Shown here piece after piece: positions 37,847 to 51,470 of a stretch of 64,000 nucleotides of DNA. This DNA is from Azolla caroliniana (taxonomy: Eukaryota; Plantae; Polypodiophyta): positions 12,896,001 through 12,960,000 of the forward strand of contig JBHGNT010000005.1 of the NCBI GenBank assembly GCA_043228905.1, in the 5' to 3' direction. Both the position numbers and the translations under genes were made by a program. The stretch's first letter is position 1; each line of letters opens with the position of its first letter. A model generated the notes under the pieces. It did no database searches. It was given only the letters and a program-made list of their open reading frames with translations, and was not told the DNA's origin.

Positions 37847-39118
37847 ATGGTAATAAACATTCGACCCGACGAAATTAGTAGTATCATCCATAAGCAAATC
37901 GAGGGATACATTCCAGAAGCAAAGGTTGTTAATATCGGTACTATACCTTAAGTTGGGGATGGAATTGCTCACATCTATGGTCTTAATAAAGTAATGGCTG
38001 GCGAATTAGTGGAATCTGAGGATAGTAAAATAGGCATTGCTCCAAATCTAGAATTCGATAATGTTGGGGCTGTACCGATGGGTGACGGTTTAACCATACA
38101 GGACGGAAGTTCCGTAAAGGCGATGGGAAAGATTGCCCAAACACCAGTTGGTGACTCTTTCTTAGGTCGTGTTGTAAATGCCTTGGCTGAACCCATTGAT
38201 GGTGAGGGTAACATTCAAGCTTCTGAGTATAGACCAATTGAATCTCCCGCTCCTGGAATTATCTCCATACGTTCCGTGTACGAACCCCCACAAATAGGTC
38301 TCATCTCTGTCGATTCAATGATCCCCGTGGGTCGGGGTCAACAAGAATTAATCATTGGGGATAGACAGACCGGTAAAACAACAGTAGCTACAGATACGAT
38401 TCTGAATCAAAAAGGTTAGAATGTTATCTGTGTCTACGTAGCTATTGGTCAAAAAGCCTCCTCTGTAGCCCAGGTAGTGAATACCTTTAAGGATCGCGGA
38501 GCCATGGAATATACCATTGTTGTGTCGGAGACAATCAATTCTCTAGCTACTCTGCAATATCTTGCCCCTTATACGGGAGCAACTCTAGCCGAGTATTTTA
38601 TGTATCGCAAACAACATACCTTGATCATTTATGATGATCTCTCTAAGCAAGCCCAAGCTTATCGACATATGTCTCTTTTGTTGAGAAGACCACCGGGGCG
38701 AGAAGTATATCCGGGAGATGTTTTTCATTTGCATTCTCATCTTTTGGAAAGAGCGGCTAAATTAAGTCTTGATTTGGGTGAAGGTAGTATGACGGCTCTA
38801 CCCATCGTGGAGACCCAAGCGGGGGATGTCTCGGCATACATTCCCACCAATGTAATTTCTATTACCGATGGACAAATATTTCTATCAACAGATCTTTTTA
38901 ATGCTAGGATTTGACCAACAATCAACGTGGGAATTTCTGTTTCTAGAGTGGGCTCTATAGCTCAAACCAAAGCAATGAAGCAGGTAGCCGGTAAACCAAA
39001 ATTGGAATTGGCACAATTTGCGGAATTGGAGGCTTTTGCACAATTTGCTTCTGACCTTGATAAGGCTACTCAGAATCAGTTAGCAAGAGGTCAACGGTTA
39101 CGTGAATTGCTTAAGCAA
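37847..39118 (+). pseudogene. atpA: NUPT fragment, ATP synthase CF1 alpha, 3'-truncated
   Basis: [48 protein letters not shown]; internal stops. Confidence 0.96.
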
Positions 39119-39317
39119 GCTTCGGGAATACGAAGAAAAGACATTGCAAGTTTTAGAGGAATTGGTCTCCAATTACGCCTATAGCTAGCGGAAGTAACTG
39201 AACAGTTTTTTGGAGTAGCCTCAATATTCTGTCGAGTAATCGAACGAACTCTTGTTTACTATCTTAATGAACTTGTTGCATTACAAAGGCAACTGGTAAG
39301 AGCGAAAAGTAACACTA

Positions 39318-39781
39318 TTGAGGGTTGGATGAGCGTGCTGGGTTTGATGATGTTTTTGAGGCAAATTCCTGCATATGATGAAATTAAGGAAATCAATCCT
39401 TTTGATGGAATTGATGAATTTCGTGGAATTGGTCGAATTCAAATAATTCCAGAATTTTTTGATATTTCTAGAATTGATACATTTCCTGGAATTGATGATA
39501 TTGAGGATATTCCTAATATTGAGGATATTCCTGATATTAAGGATATTCCTAATGTTGAGGATATTGGTTATCTTAATGAAATAGTGTATGTAGAAAAATT
39601 TTATCAACAAAAAAATAACGAATCAGAAATAAAGATAAATTCAATTTTTGATTTGAAGTTATGGATAGTTCCAGATCCTATGGAATTTAACAATTTTTTT
39701 CTAAAAAGAATAGAATCTAATCTTAGTTTTTCAAGTACAAAGAAAGGGGATACTGAAAAAAAGACGTCAAATAATTTAGAC
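39318..39781 (+). pseudogene. ycf1: NUPT fragment, probably ycf1, with 9/18-nt repeats
   Basis: FDLKLWIVPD motif; the same sequence occurs inverted at about 49230-49640, where it is contiguous with ycf1-like blocks. Confidence 0.6.
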
Positions 39782-40050
39782 TGGTCCAAGGCCCCCGGGG
39801 ATTGGATAGAGCGATCATTGAGATAAATGAGTATGAAACAACGAAGGATCTTTTTATTTTAATTAATTTAGAAATCAATTCAACTATATTTATTCTTTGG
39901 CTCAACCCAAACCACAGATAGAGAGAAAAAAATTTCTCCTTTTTTTCGGGTGTAGAAGATTTTTTTTGTTAGACAAGGAGGAGTTCTCTGACTCCTCTTT
40001 TATTCATATCGATGCCGAAAGGATCTTATAAAAAAAGCAAAACTGAATTA

Positions 40051-40157
40051 TCAATTCGGAGCGTTATTCGACGCGACGATATCCGCGATACCATAATCCT
40101 GGGCTTCTTCCGCTGACAGAAAAACATCTCTTTCCATGTCTTTAGAAATCATCCATA
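40051..40157 (-). pseudogene. clpP: NUPT fragment, clpP 3' end
   Basis: [28 protein letters not shown]. Confidence 0.85.
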
Positions 40158-40159
40158 AC

Positions 40160-41039
<880 letters not shown>

Positions 41040-41262
41040 TCATAATTTTTCTGTTTACTCTATATCAAGATAGACGAACTCTATTTCTTCTTTACTAATC
41101 GTTATGGAGATATTCGTGCAGACTATAAAGTAAAGTGTCTTAGTCATATGATTGATTCTTCTATTTCATCTTCTTAAATTATGATTAAGAATAACATCTC
41201 TGATTTGAATCTTCCTCCCTAGTCCAAAATTACAGTGCTAGTACACACTGAGACTCCCCTCT

Positions 41263-41326
41263 AACCAGCGTAGGCGTCGCCAACGGATTTACAGTCCGTC
41301 CCCATTAACCACTCGAGCATCGACCC
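41263..41326 (-). pseudogene. trnY: NUPT fragment, tRNA-Tyr(GUA) truncated in the T loop
   Basis: GGGTCGATGCTCGAGTGGTTAATGGGGACGGACTGTAAATCCGTTGGCGACGCCTACGCTGGTT. Confidence 0.88.
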
Positions 41327-41369
41327 ACACTTGAAAAAAGAAGAAGTCACAAAATGTTTTCGTTTCAGA

Positions 41370-43225
41370 ATTGGAGTTCTATGGTAATCATAGTGTCCCG
41401 ACAAGTTGAATCTTATAACTCATCACTTTTTAGGCACGAGCCAAAGGAATGGGATTATTCTATAGAAATATCTCCGATAAGATTCGTTGATGGGGTGGGA
41501 GCGCTATGTCGTCCCAAGAACCCATCACACCGTCAAACAAAAATTTAAATTACCCTCAAACAATTTTTTGCGTTTAGATAAAGCTATTCGAGCCGGATGA
41601 GGGGAACACTCATGTCCGACTCCGAGGGGGGGACCTTTTTTTACCTATCCTAATCTTTTTCTTGCTAGGCCTATGGCTGAGAGACCGACCTCATCAAGAT
41701 TGCGAGGCTTGTTCAATTATGAGGATCGATCTTGGAAGAACGTTCTTCCTACTTATTTCTCCACTTGCAATTTCGAGATCCTTCAAAGAAATGAAATAGC
41801 TATTGGGGGGGGGGGGGGATGCTATCAGAAAAAGGTTACCTAGTTTAGATATGAGAAGTGTTATGGATCGCGCGTATTTGGAGTGGCAAGCATCAACGAG
41901 GCTAGAATCTGTAGGACGTGAGTGGGAAGACCAAACGGTTCAACGAAGAAAGGACCTTTTGGTCAGACGGATGAAACTAGCTAAAGATTTTCTTCAGACG
42001 AACTCGAAGCCAGAATGGATGGTTCTGGATCTATTACCAGTACTTCTGCCTAGGTTAAGAACAATAGTTGAACTATATGAAGGCGAGTCGATTACCTCAG
42101 ATCTTAATGAGCTTCACAGAAAGATAATTCATCGAAATAATACACTTATAGATTTTCTATCGGGCAGTGAATTTACGCTAGAAGGATTGATTTTTTGTCA
42201 AAAAAGGCTCGTTCAAGAAGTCGTGGATGCGCTTATAGATAATGGTATACGTGGACAACCAATGAGGGATATCAACAATAGCCCTTACAAATCTTTTTCG
42301 GAGGTTATAGAGGGTAACGAAGGATGATTCCGTGAGAATCTACTGGGAAAGTGAGTTGATTATTCAAGTTGTTTAGTTATCGTGGTAGGTCTGTCTCTCT
42401 CGTTACATCAATGCGGATTACCCCGAGATTTGGCGATCAAGCTTTTCCAAGCCTTCGTTATTCATAATCTGATTGGACGACATCTTGCTCGTAATCTACG
42501 GGCTGCCAGGAGTATGATTAGAAAGCGGGATCCTTTTACATGGAAAGTTCTTCGAGAAGTTATGCAAGGTCATCTTGTGCCATTGAATCGAGCACCCACA
42601 CTACACAGATTAGGTATACAGGCATTCAGGCCATTCTGATAGAAGGACGAGCCATTCATTTGTATCCATTGGTTCGTGGGGGGTTTAACGCAGATCTTGA
42701 CGGAGATCAAATGGTTGTTCATGTGATGTTATCTTTAGAGGCTCAAACTAAAGCTCGTTTATTGACGTTCTCACACACAAATCTACTATCTCTTGCTACA
42801 GGAGATCCCGCATGTGTGCCAAGTCAAGACATACTTCTCGGTCTTTATATACTGACGATTGAAAATAAACAAGGTATTTATGGAGATAGATACCCTATCT
42901 CCAGAACGAGAAGTAACCTTTCTTTCCCCAAAATATCTTACTTCACCAATTATTATGATGTACTTAGGGCCAAATATTTAAAACAAATTGATTTATATAG
43001 TTATTTGTGGCTTCGATGGCGGATTGATTTGCAAACGATTGGTTTAGAAATGCGTGATTTACTTGTTGAATCGCAATATGAAGCCTCAGGAACCTCTTTG
43101 CATTCCTATGATAATCATCAAATAAGAAAATCTAGAGAAGGCTATATCCTTGGTATGTATATACTAACAACAACTGGTCGTATCTCATTCAAAAGTATGC
43201 AAGAGAAGTTATGCAAGGTATATCA
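41370..43225 (+). pseudogene. rpoC1: NUPT fragment, rpoC1 group II intron 3' part and exon 2; the last codons resume after Copia E at 48729
   Basis: Domain V-like GAGCCGGATGAGGGGAA at 41590; [45 protein letters not shown]. Confidence 0.94.
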
Positions 43226-43885
43226 TGTTGAACCACAGTGTTCGGCCACAACCGAGGAATAGGATCAACTTTCAGAAAACAGGAAATACAAAATGCACGA
43301 AGTACAATAGAGAGAAGAGTACACGGGATGTTTTACGTGGAAAACCCTAACTGGGGAAAAACCACGGGAGTCCTCAAACTCCAACTATCACTATAGACAG
43401 AGATGTACAATGGTGAAGCTACAAGGCAACAACCTTGAGCTCACTGTCTTCACCACAGGCGGCGGCAGTACACAGAGGCAACGACCTCTTCGTCTCTCTC
43501 CCTCTCTCTCTCTCTCGGCTACTCACTTTTTCTTCTCTCAAAATGAGCAACCACATAAACTGTTTGCCCTAAGTCATATTTATACACATATGACTTTCGG
43601 GCTATTTACAAATATAGCCTCAAGGGCTCTTAGCAAACATATTCACAAATATGTCCCCGCATCCGGATCTCTCTCCGGGTACATTCGTCATCCGGCTCCG
43701 TAACCGGGGTCTTCAGCATCCGGCTCCGTAACCGGGGTCTTCATCATCCGGCTCCGTAACCGGGGTCTTCATCATCCGGCTCCGTAACCGGGGTCTTCAT
43801 CATCCGGCTCCGTAACCGGGCTTGCCGTCATTTATCTCCGGGGACATCCCATCCGGAGGGACCGAAATCCCAACAAACTCCCCCT

Positions 43886-46800
43886 TCACTTCGGCATGGG
43901 ATGTCTCTCCAATCCAATCCTCTTCCGGCATGCTTCCAACTTGTCGGGTGTGAGCACTTTGGTCAGCATATCTGAGCCGTTCTCATCCGTGTGGATCTTC
44001 GTCAGCACGAACTCCTGGTCTTCTATCCTTTCCCGGATCCAGTGATATCTTCGTTGGATGTGCTTCGTCTGGGAGTGATAGGCCGCGTTCTTCGCAAGGT
44101 GGATGGCACTCTGACTGTCGCAGTAGAGTCGGTACTCCTCTTGCCGGATACCGAGCTCTCTAATGAAGTCCTTCATCCATATTATTTCCTTGCCGGCTTC
44201 AACAGCCGCCATGTACTCCGCCTCCGTGGTTGACAACGCAACCGTCTTCTGCAGCCTCGACTGCCACGAAACAGCTCCCCCTGCATACGTCATCACATAC
44301 CCTGATGTGGACCGGCTGGTATCTGCATCAGCCGACATATCCGAATCGGTAAAGCCGTCGAGTTCGGGCTTACCGGAGCCGAATCGGAGGCACACGTTTG
44401 CCGTGCTCTTCAGGTATCGGAGTATCCACTTGACCGCGTTCCAGTGCTCTTTGCCGGGATTGCTCATGTACCGGCTCACCACTCCGACTGCATATCCTAT
44501 GTCCGGTCTTGTACACACCATTGCGTACATCAAGCTTCCGACGGCAGAGGCATATGGTACTTTCATCATGTCCTCTTTCTCAGCCTTTGTCTTGGGGCTT
44601 TGCTTGCTGGACAGCTTGCAGTTTGCCGGGAGGGTTGATCCGACCGGTCTTGCTTCCGACATGTTGAACCGGTGAAGCACCTTTGTTACGTACTTCTCCT
44701 GTGACAGCCACAACTGCTTCTTCTTCCGGTCTCGGATGATGTGCATCCCTAGTATTTGCCTCGCCGGACCCAGGTCCTTCATTGAGAAGGTTCGGTGAAG
44801 TGCTTTCTTCAGCATCCGTATCTTGCCCTGGTCCCGTCCGACGATCAACATGTCGTCCACGTACAGGAGGAGTATTAGAGAGTCTCCTCCTTCGAACTTC
44901 TTCACAAACACGCAGTGATCGGACTGCGTTTTGTGGTACCCTTCGTCGGTCATGAAGGAGTCGAACTTCCGGTACCATTGCCGGGGAGCCTGCTTCAGTC
45001 CGTAAAGGCTCTTCTTCAACCGGCATACCAGGTGCTCCTTCCCTTTCTTCTCGAATCCTTCCGGTTGCTGCATGTAGATCTCTTCTTCGAGGTCACCGTG
45101 AAGGAATGCCGTCTTCACGTCCATCTATTCTACCTCGAGGTCCATGCTTGCCGCTATGCTCAGCACCGTCCGGATGGAGGTCATCTTCACTACCGGGGCA
45201 AATATCTCGTCGAAGTCGACGCCCTTCTTCTGCTGAAACCCCTTCACCACGATCCTGGCTTTGTATCTCGGGGGGTTTCCGGCATCTCCCGGTTTCAGCT
45301 TGAACACCCACTTGTTATGGAGTGCCCGTTTTCCTTTCGGCAACTCCACAAGTTCATATGTGTGGTTCTCATGCAGGGAATCCATCTCCTCCTGCATGGC
45401 ACTTAACCACCTGCGGCTATGGATGTCATGCTTCGCTTCTTCAAAGCTCTCCAGCTCCCCCCTCGTCGGTTAGCAGCACGTGCTCTGGTTCCGGAAATCT
45501 CCGGGGAGCCCTTCTCTCTCTTAGAGGATATCTCCGTTCCGGAGCTTCGGTAACCGGCTCTTCCGTTTCTTCTTCATCTGAATTCATTTCGGGATCGGGG
45601 CCGGTTCCGGTATCAGTTTCATCTTCCTCGGCCGGTTCTGTTTCTTCACCGTCTTCGGCCGGATCCTCGAGTGCTAACCGGTCCCTTGCCGGTCGGGACT
45701 GCTCCTCGTAGAGTTGATCCTCACCGGTCGACTTGGAGCTCTTCATCTTCTTCTCCGACTCCCAGTCGGCGAGTGTCTTGTCCTCCATGAAGATGATATC
45801 ACGACTCCTGAATATCTTCTTGTTGACCGGGTCCCATACTCGGTAGCCGAACTCGTCGTCGCCGTAACCGAGGAATATGCATGGCCGGGTCTTTGGATCT
45901 AGCTTTCCTCTCCGGTCCTTTGCCACATGCACATATGCGAGACACCCGAACACCTTCAGATGCCGGTAGGATACTTCCCTACCGGTCCACACTCTCTGCG
46001 GCGTGTCTCCGTCCAAAGGTACTGAGGGTGATCTGTTTATCACGTATGTCGCCGTCGACATTGCCTCAGCCCAAAACCCCTTGGGTAATTTCGCATGCGC
46101 CAGCATACTCCGGACCCTCTCCATTATGGTCCGGTTCATCCTCTCGGCCAGCCCGTTCAGTTCCGGCGTCTTCGGCACAGTAAACTCGAGCCGGATTCCC
46201 TTCGAGCGACAGTACTCCGCGAACTGCCCCCGGTATTCCCCTCCGTTATCCGCTCGTATCGCTTTCAGCTTCTTGCCGGATTCCCTTTCCACTCTCGCGT
46301 GGAGTTCTTTGAAGACGCACAACACTTGGTCCTTTGTCTTCAGCGGTGCCGTCCACAGTTTTCGGCTATGGTCATCTATGAATGTCACGAAGTACTGGGC
46401 TCCGCCATGTGACTTCGTTTCTACTTGACACACGTCAGTGTGCACCAACTCCAATGGTGCGCTACGTCTCGTCGGTGGCCTTGAGTGGAAGGAGGTTCGG
46501 TTCTGCTTACCGGCCAGACAGTCGATACACTTCCCCAAGTGTACATGCTTTACCGGTATCACGTTGTCTTCGGCAAGCCTCTTCATCCCCTTCTCGCTCA
46601 TGTGGCACAGTCTCTTGTGCCATAGCTCACCGGCAGTGTCAGCTGCCACGTTCAGCTCCTCCGGACATAGCCGGGAATTCATCAGGTACAGTGTGTTGAT
46701 CTTCCGGGCCCGAGCCACTATCAGGCTCCCTTTGCTGAACTTCATGACACCGTTCCGGATGCTACATGTAGCCTTCATCGTCTAGCCTCCCGGCCGAAAT

Positions 46801-47958
46801 CAGGTTCAATCGAACCTCCGGAACGTGTCGAACATCCTTCAGCAGCATTTTGCATCCGGTTGAGGTTGTCAACCACACATCTCCTATGCCGGCAATCCGG
46901 CACGTACCTTCATTTCCCATCCGAACACAGCCATGCTCACCGGCTGTGTAGGATGAGAAGTATCTTCTCTCCGGGGTCAGGTGGAACGATGCTCCGGAAT
47001 CGACCACCCAGGTCGTCTCATCGCCGACAATGTTTAGTTCACCTTCTTCGGTGATGAGCATGATCTCTTCTTCACTTGCCGCGAGTGCAGTCGTTCCTTT
47101 CCGGTCCTGCCCTCGCCGATCCGGACCTCTCCGGTCCGTGGCTCCCCGGTATGCACCGTTTCGCTCCGGTGACTTCTTCGAATCGGTGTCGTCGGCTCCG
47201 TTGTCTTTTCGGTAATGCCGACAATTCTTCCGGAAGTGCCCCGGCTTCCCACAGTGGAAGCATGTGGGCCTTCCTCTTGACTGCGACCGGGTCCCCGACT
47301 TCTCCCGTCTTTGCGGACTCCGGTTCCATTGTCTTCCCCGTTCCGATTCGGTAAGCATCGCCTTCGAGTCGGAGGCCGGTTCTTTATCTCTCCGACGCGC
47401 TTCTTCGTTCAAAATACTTGTCTTTACCGTTTGTAGGGACAAGTTTTCTTCGGTGCAGGAGGTGCTGAGAGTCACCACCAAGTTCTCCCAGCTTTCCGGC
47501 AATGTACACATCAGTATGATGGCTTGCATTGCATCCTCCAACGGGAACTTGATCGCCGCAAGCTGGTTCACGAATCCCATGAACGTGCTTACGTGTTCCA
47601 TCATACTCTCGCCGTCCCGGTACTTGAGGTTCACTATCTTCCTCATCAGGGAGGTCCGGTTCAACGCATTCTTCCTCTCGTAGAGGCCCGACAGCTTCTT
47701 CCACATCTCATATGCGTTGGTGTCATTCGCCACATGTTGCAGAACACTTACATCTACATATTGCCGGATCGTCGCTACGGCTTTCCGGTTCAGGAGCTTC
47801 CACTCCGACTCTATTACCCCCTTGGGTATCTCGGCATTGTCGATCGGTTCGTACAGGTCTCGGACGATGAGAAGGTCTTCCATCTTTATCTTCCAGTCGG
47901 CGTAGTTCTGTGAGTTCAACACCATCATGCCCGGAGGCCCACTGCCACCGCCTTCCAT
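43886..47958 (-). pseudogene. gag-pol of Copia E (frameshifts near 46770 and 45450, stop near 45125)
   Basis: LNSQNYADWK, CFHCGKPGHFRKNC, DSGASFH, HTDVC, YVDDML, FTDSD, KIHTDENGSDMLTK. Confidence 0.93.
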
Positions 47959-48452
47959 TTTCTGTGTTACCGTCGCTCTGATATCACTTTGTTGAACCAC
48001 AGTGTTCGGCCACAACCGAGGAATAGGATCAACTTTCAGAAAACAGGAAATACAAAATGCACGAAGTACAATAGAGAGAAGAGTACACGGGATGTTTTAC
48101 GTGGAAAACCCTAACTAGGGAAAAACCACGGGAGTCCTCAAACTCCAACTATCACTATAGACAGAGATGTACAATGGTGAAGCTACAAGGCAACAACCTT
48201 GAGCTCACTGTCTTCGCCACAGGCGGCGGCAGTACACAGAGGCAACGACCTCTTCGTCTCTCTCCCTCTCTCTCTCTCTCGGCTACTCACTTTTTCTTCT
48301 CTCAAAATGAGCAACCACATAAACTGTTTGCCCTAAGTCATATTTATACACATATGACTTTCGGGCTATTTACAAATATAGCCTCAAGGGCTCTTAGCAA
48401 ACATATTCACAAATATGTCCCCGCATCCGGATCTCTCTCCGGGTACATTCGT

Positions 48453-48668
48453 CATCCGGCTCCGTAACCGGGGTCTTCAGCATCCGGCTCCGTAACCGGG
48501 GTCTTCATCATCCGGCTCCGTAACCGGGGTCTTCATCATCCGGCTCCGTAACCGGGGTCTTCATCATCCGGCTCCGTAACCGGGGTCTTCATCATCCGGC
48601 TCCGTAACCGGGGTCTTCATCATCCGGCTCCGTAACCGGGGTCTTCATCATCCGGCTCCGTAACCGGG
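48453..48668 (-). repeat. 28-bp tandem repeat in the Copia E LTR (8 copies here, 5 at 43689-43820)
   Basis: Plus-strand unit CATCCGGCTCCGTAACCGGGGTCTTCAT. Confidence 0.95.
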
Positions 48669-48930
48669 CTTGCCGTCATTTATCTCCGGGGACATCCCAT
48701 CCGGAGGGACCGAAATCCCAACATATCAAAAGTAGTTTCTTTTCCCCATCATACTTTGTTTGCACCAGATAGAATAACATAGAACAGAACGTTTTTTTCT
48801 TTGTAGTAACGAAGGGTAAGGAAGCCCTTACCCTTCTTATTTTCAATCACTGAATGATTTGATTCTCAATCTATTGGTTGATAATCAATAAGGAGTAGGA
48901 GAAGAAGAAAATAAAGTCGAGGTTTTTATC

Positions 48931-49115
48931 ATGGTAGATCAAGCTGAATTACCCTTCTACAACAAGATGATGGATAAGGACATCATGAGGCAACTCATTA
49001 GCAAGTTAGTTATTTGTTTCGGAATTGCATCTACAACAAACATTCTAGATCAAGTTAAATTTTTAGGCTTTCAACAAGCCACAAAAGCATTTGTATCATC
49101 AAGCATTGATGATCT
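48931..49115 (+). pseudogene. rpoC2: NUPT fragment, rpoC2 5' end (copy 1)
   Basis: [12 protein letters not shown]...LISKL...ILDQVK.LGFQQAT, downstream of the rpoC1 end as in plastomes. Confidence 0.9.
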
Positions 49116-50060
49116 GTTTCAATATACCTTTAAAGCTATCATCTAATTCTAAATTCTTAGATGTCAAGTCTAAATCATTAGGTGTTAAGTCTAAATTGTT
49201 TGATTTTAATTCTAAATTATTAGGTATTAAGTCTAAATTATTTGACGTCTTTTTTTCGGTATCCCCTTTCTTTGTACTTGAAAAACTAAGATTAGATTCT
49301 ATTCTTCTTTTTAAAAAATTGTTAAATTCCATAGGATTTGGAACTATCCATAACTTCAAATCAAAAATTGAATTTATCTTTATTTTTGATTCGTTATTTT
49401 TTTGTTGATAAAATTTTTCTGCTACACTATTTCATTAAGATAACCAATATCCTCAATATCAAGAATATCTTCAATATCATCAATTCCAGAAATATCAAAA
49501 ATTTCTGGAATTATTTGAATTCGACCAATTGCACGAAATTCATCAATTCCATCAAAAGGATCAATTTCCTTAATTTCATCATATGTAGGAATTGCCTAAA
49601 AAACATCATCAAACCTAGCAAGCTCATCCAACCCATCAAATATTTCATATAACCCATTGTTAAAAGCTTGGACTCAATAGTTTGCTTTAGGGAATCTTGT
49701 TGTGTAGCAAATTGCTGCGTATGCCCATCTCGCAGAAAATCGGTAAAACTATTTAACAAATAAATATATTTGAAACGTTTATTATAATTGTTAATCCGGT
49801 CCTTCAGTAAGGGATTTTTTGCGTAAATGGAATAACTTTGTGATTCTTCTTCCCCTAAGGGTTGATTCTTTTTATTTAGAATCTCTGTTTTGGTATTTTT
49901 GAATGTATCAGAATTACATAAATTGAGTTTCCATTTTTATGGTACTATACTATCCCAAACTTCTAGTGGTAAATTATATATGTAAAAAGAATCTATCCAA
50001 TTATGGGCATCTAAGGCAGATTTGTTTTGGAGAATCCCCAACCCTCTACGGATTCTACTT
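49116..50060 (-). pseudogene. ycf1: NUPT fragment, probably ycf1, with 21-nt repeats
   Basis: WIDSFYIYNLPLEVWDSIVP*KWK and NPLLKDRINNYNKRFK...LLNSFTDF resemble conserved Ycf1 blocks; (NNLDLxP)n repeat. Confidence 0.65.
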
Positions 50061-51470
50061 CACGTCAATCCCAAAAGCCTCCTCAAGACCTTGACCTTGA
50101 GGGGTCGGGGTAGGTCTCTTGCCCTCGGGAGGGGGTCGTGGCTGTTGGTGAAGGCATCGGGCTGTAGCCTGGATAATGGCCTCTAGGAGCTAAATACTTT
50201 TTGTTTGTTGCATTACCCGGCCCATTATAGAGTTTTACACGAAATGTGTGGGATCAAGCGCGCGGTTGAACCCCCCTATCTTACTACTCCTTCGGAGACA
50301 TTCTTGAAGAGTCTATTCGATCCAGAAGCATACGTACAGAGGAGGGTTCTCAAGCACGCACCCTATTCTGCAAGAATTAGCTCTTTCTCGGGAAAGAATA
50401 GGATGGAGAGATAAGACTTTTTGACTTGGCCCTCTAGCAGGCAACCTCGTTACAAAAAATCAGGTGAGTGACCTACCCCACCCCCAAAGCCTTTCTTGCA
50501 GGGGGGGGGGGGGGTGTGCTTAGCCTTAGGCTCCCACGAATCAGTACTCTTATTCTACATCATTGATCAATTTTTACTAGGTGGATCAAGTATTCCCTCA
50601 TCCTAGAAAGCGATGGTTTGCCTATCCCTACCCACGCCTCTACCTGGGGAGATTCTTTCTCCTCCTCAGACAGAACCCTTTGATCACGTGATCAATAATT
50701 TTTTGATATTGAAATCTTTTTAGAGAGAGAAAACAACTACTCTTCATCTTCCGACTTACAAGTGAAAAAGTGGACATTCGTTGGACATTGTTTGGTACCA
50801 TTCGTATACGTCTTACCGAGTAACTCATGTTGGTAGTAATAACAACTTGACCTCCCCAAGCTCCCGTGGTAAAATCTTATTCTTACGAAACCTGGATTCT
50901 TGATCCAGTCCACGGGGGGGAAATAGGACGCATGCCTTGACTCAGTGGCTCATCACGGAACAGGCTGGCTAAGCCAGAATCACCGAGACGAATAACCTCT
51001 GTTACCGGCCGGCAAGGAGTCCAAAATACGGAGTGAAGGAATTAATTAAATATGGTTGTAAATGAGCATAGTGTGGACGGACGGACTGGAAACGGTATGC
51101 CGTTCCAGATCCGGACGGATCCCGAATAGGTGCGATAGGCACCGTTTTGTACTACGGGCCGGAAACCTATTTAAAGGCCCGGACCCCATTGTAATCGGAG
51201 CGGATAATTAATAGAGCATATGGTGTTATACTTCTGTGTTGATTTCCGTTCTGTACTTATTGTGATATCTTACGCGTGTAATTAACCAAAGCAATCTAAT
51301 CGTGTAACCTACGTAAGTCGGTGTAATCGTTGAATCTTAATCCTATGCCGTAATCACCCTTTGGTGAAGTGTCTCCGTGACACCTTGTGTTAGGCCTTGT
51401 CCGGCCAGCGAATAACACAGTTTTGGCGACCACGATTCCTGCTTTCTCGCAGCGAACGACGGCTTAATGG

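Larger units (their letters stand above)
43226..48723 (-). mobile_element. Copia E (Tork/Tto1-like), young, inserted in NUPT rpoC1
   Basis: LTRs 43226-43875 and 47990-48723 (2 substitutions seen, plus repeat number); TSD TATCA; mutated PBS TGATATCAGAGC; PPT at 43876-43889. Confidence 0.96.

Noticed and set aside
43689-43820. 28-bp repeats as a CRISPR array
   Set aside because: Head-to-tail units without spacers, inside an LTR.
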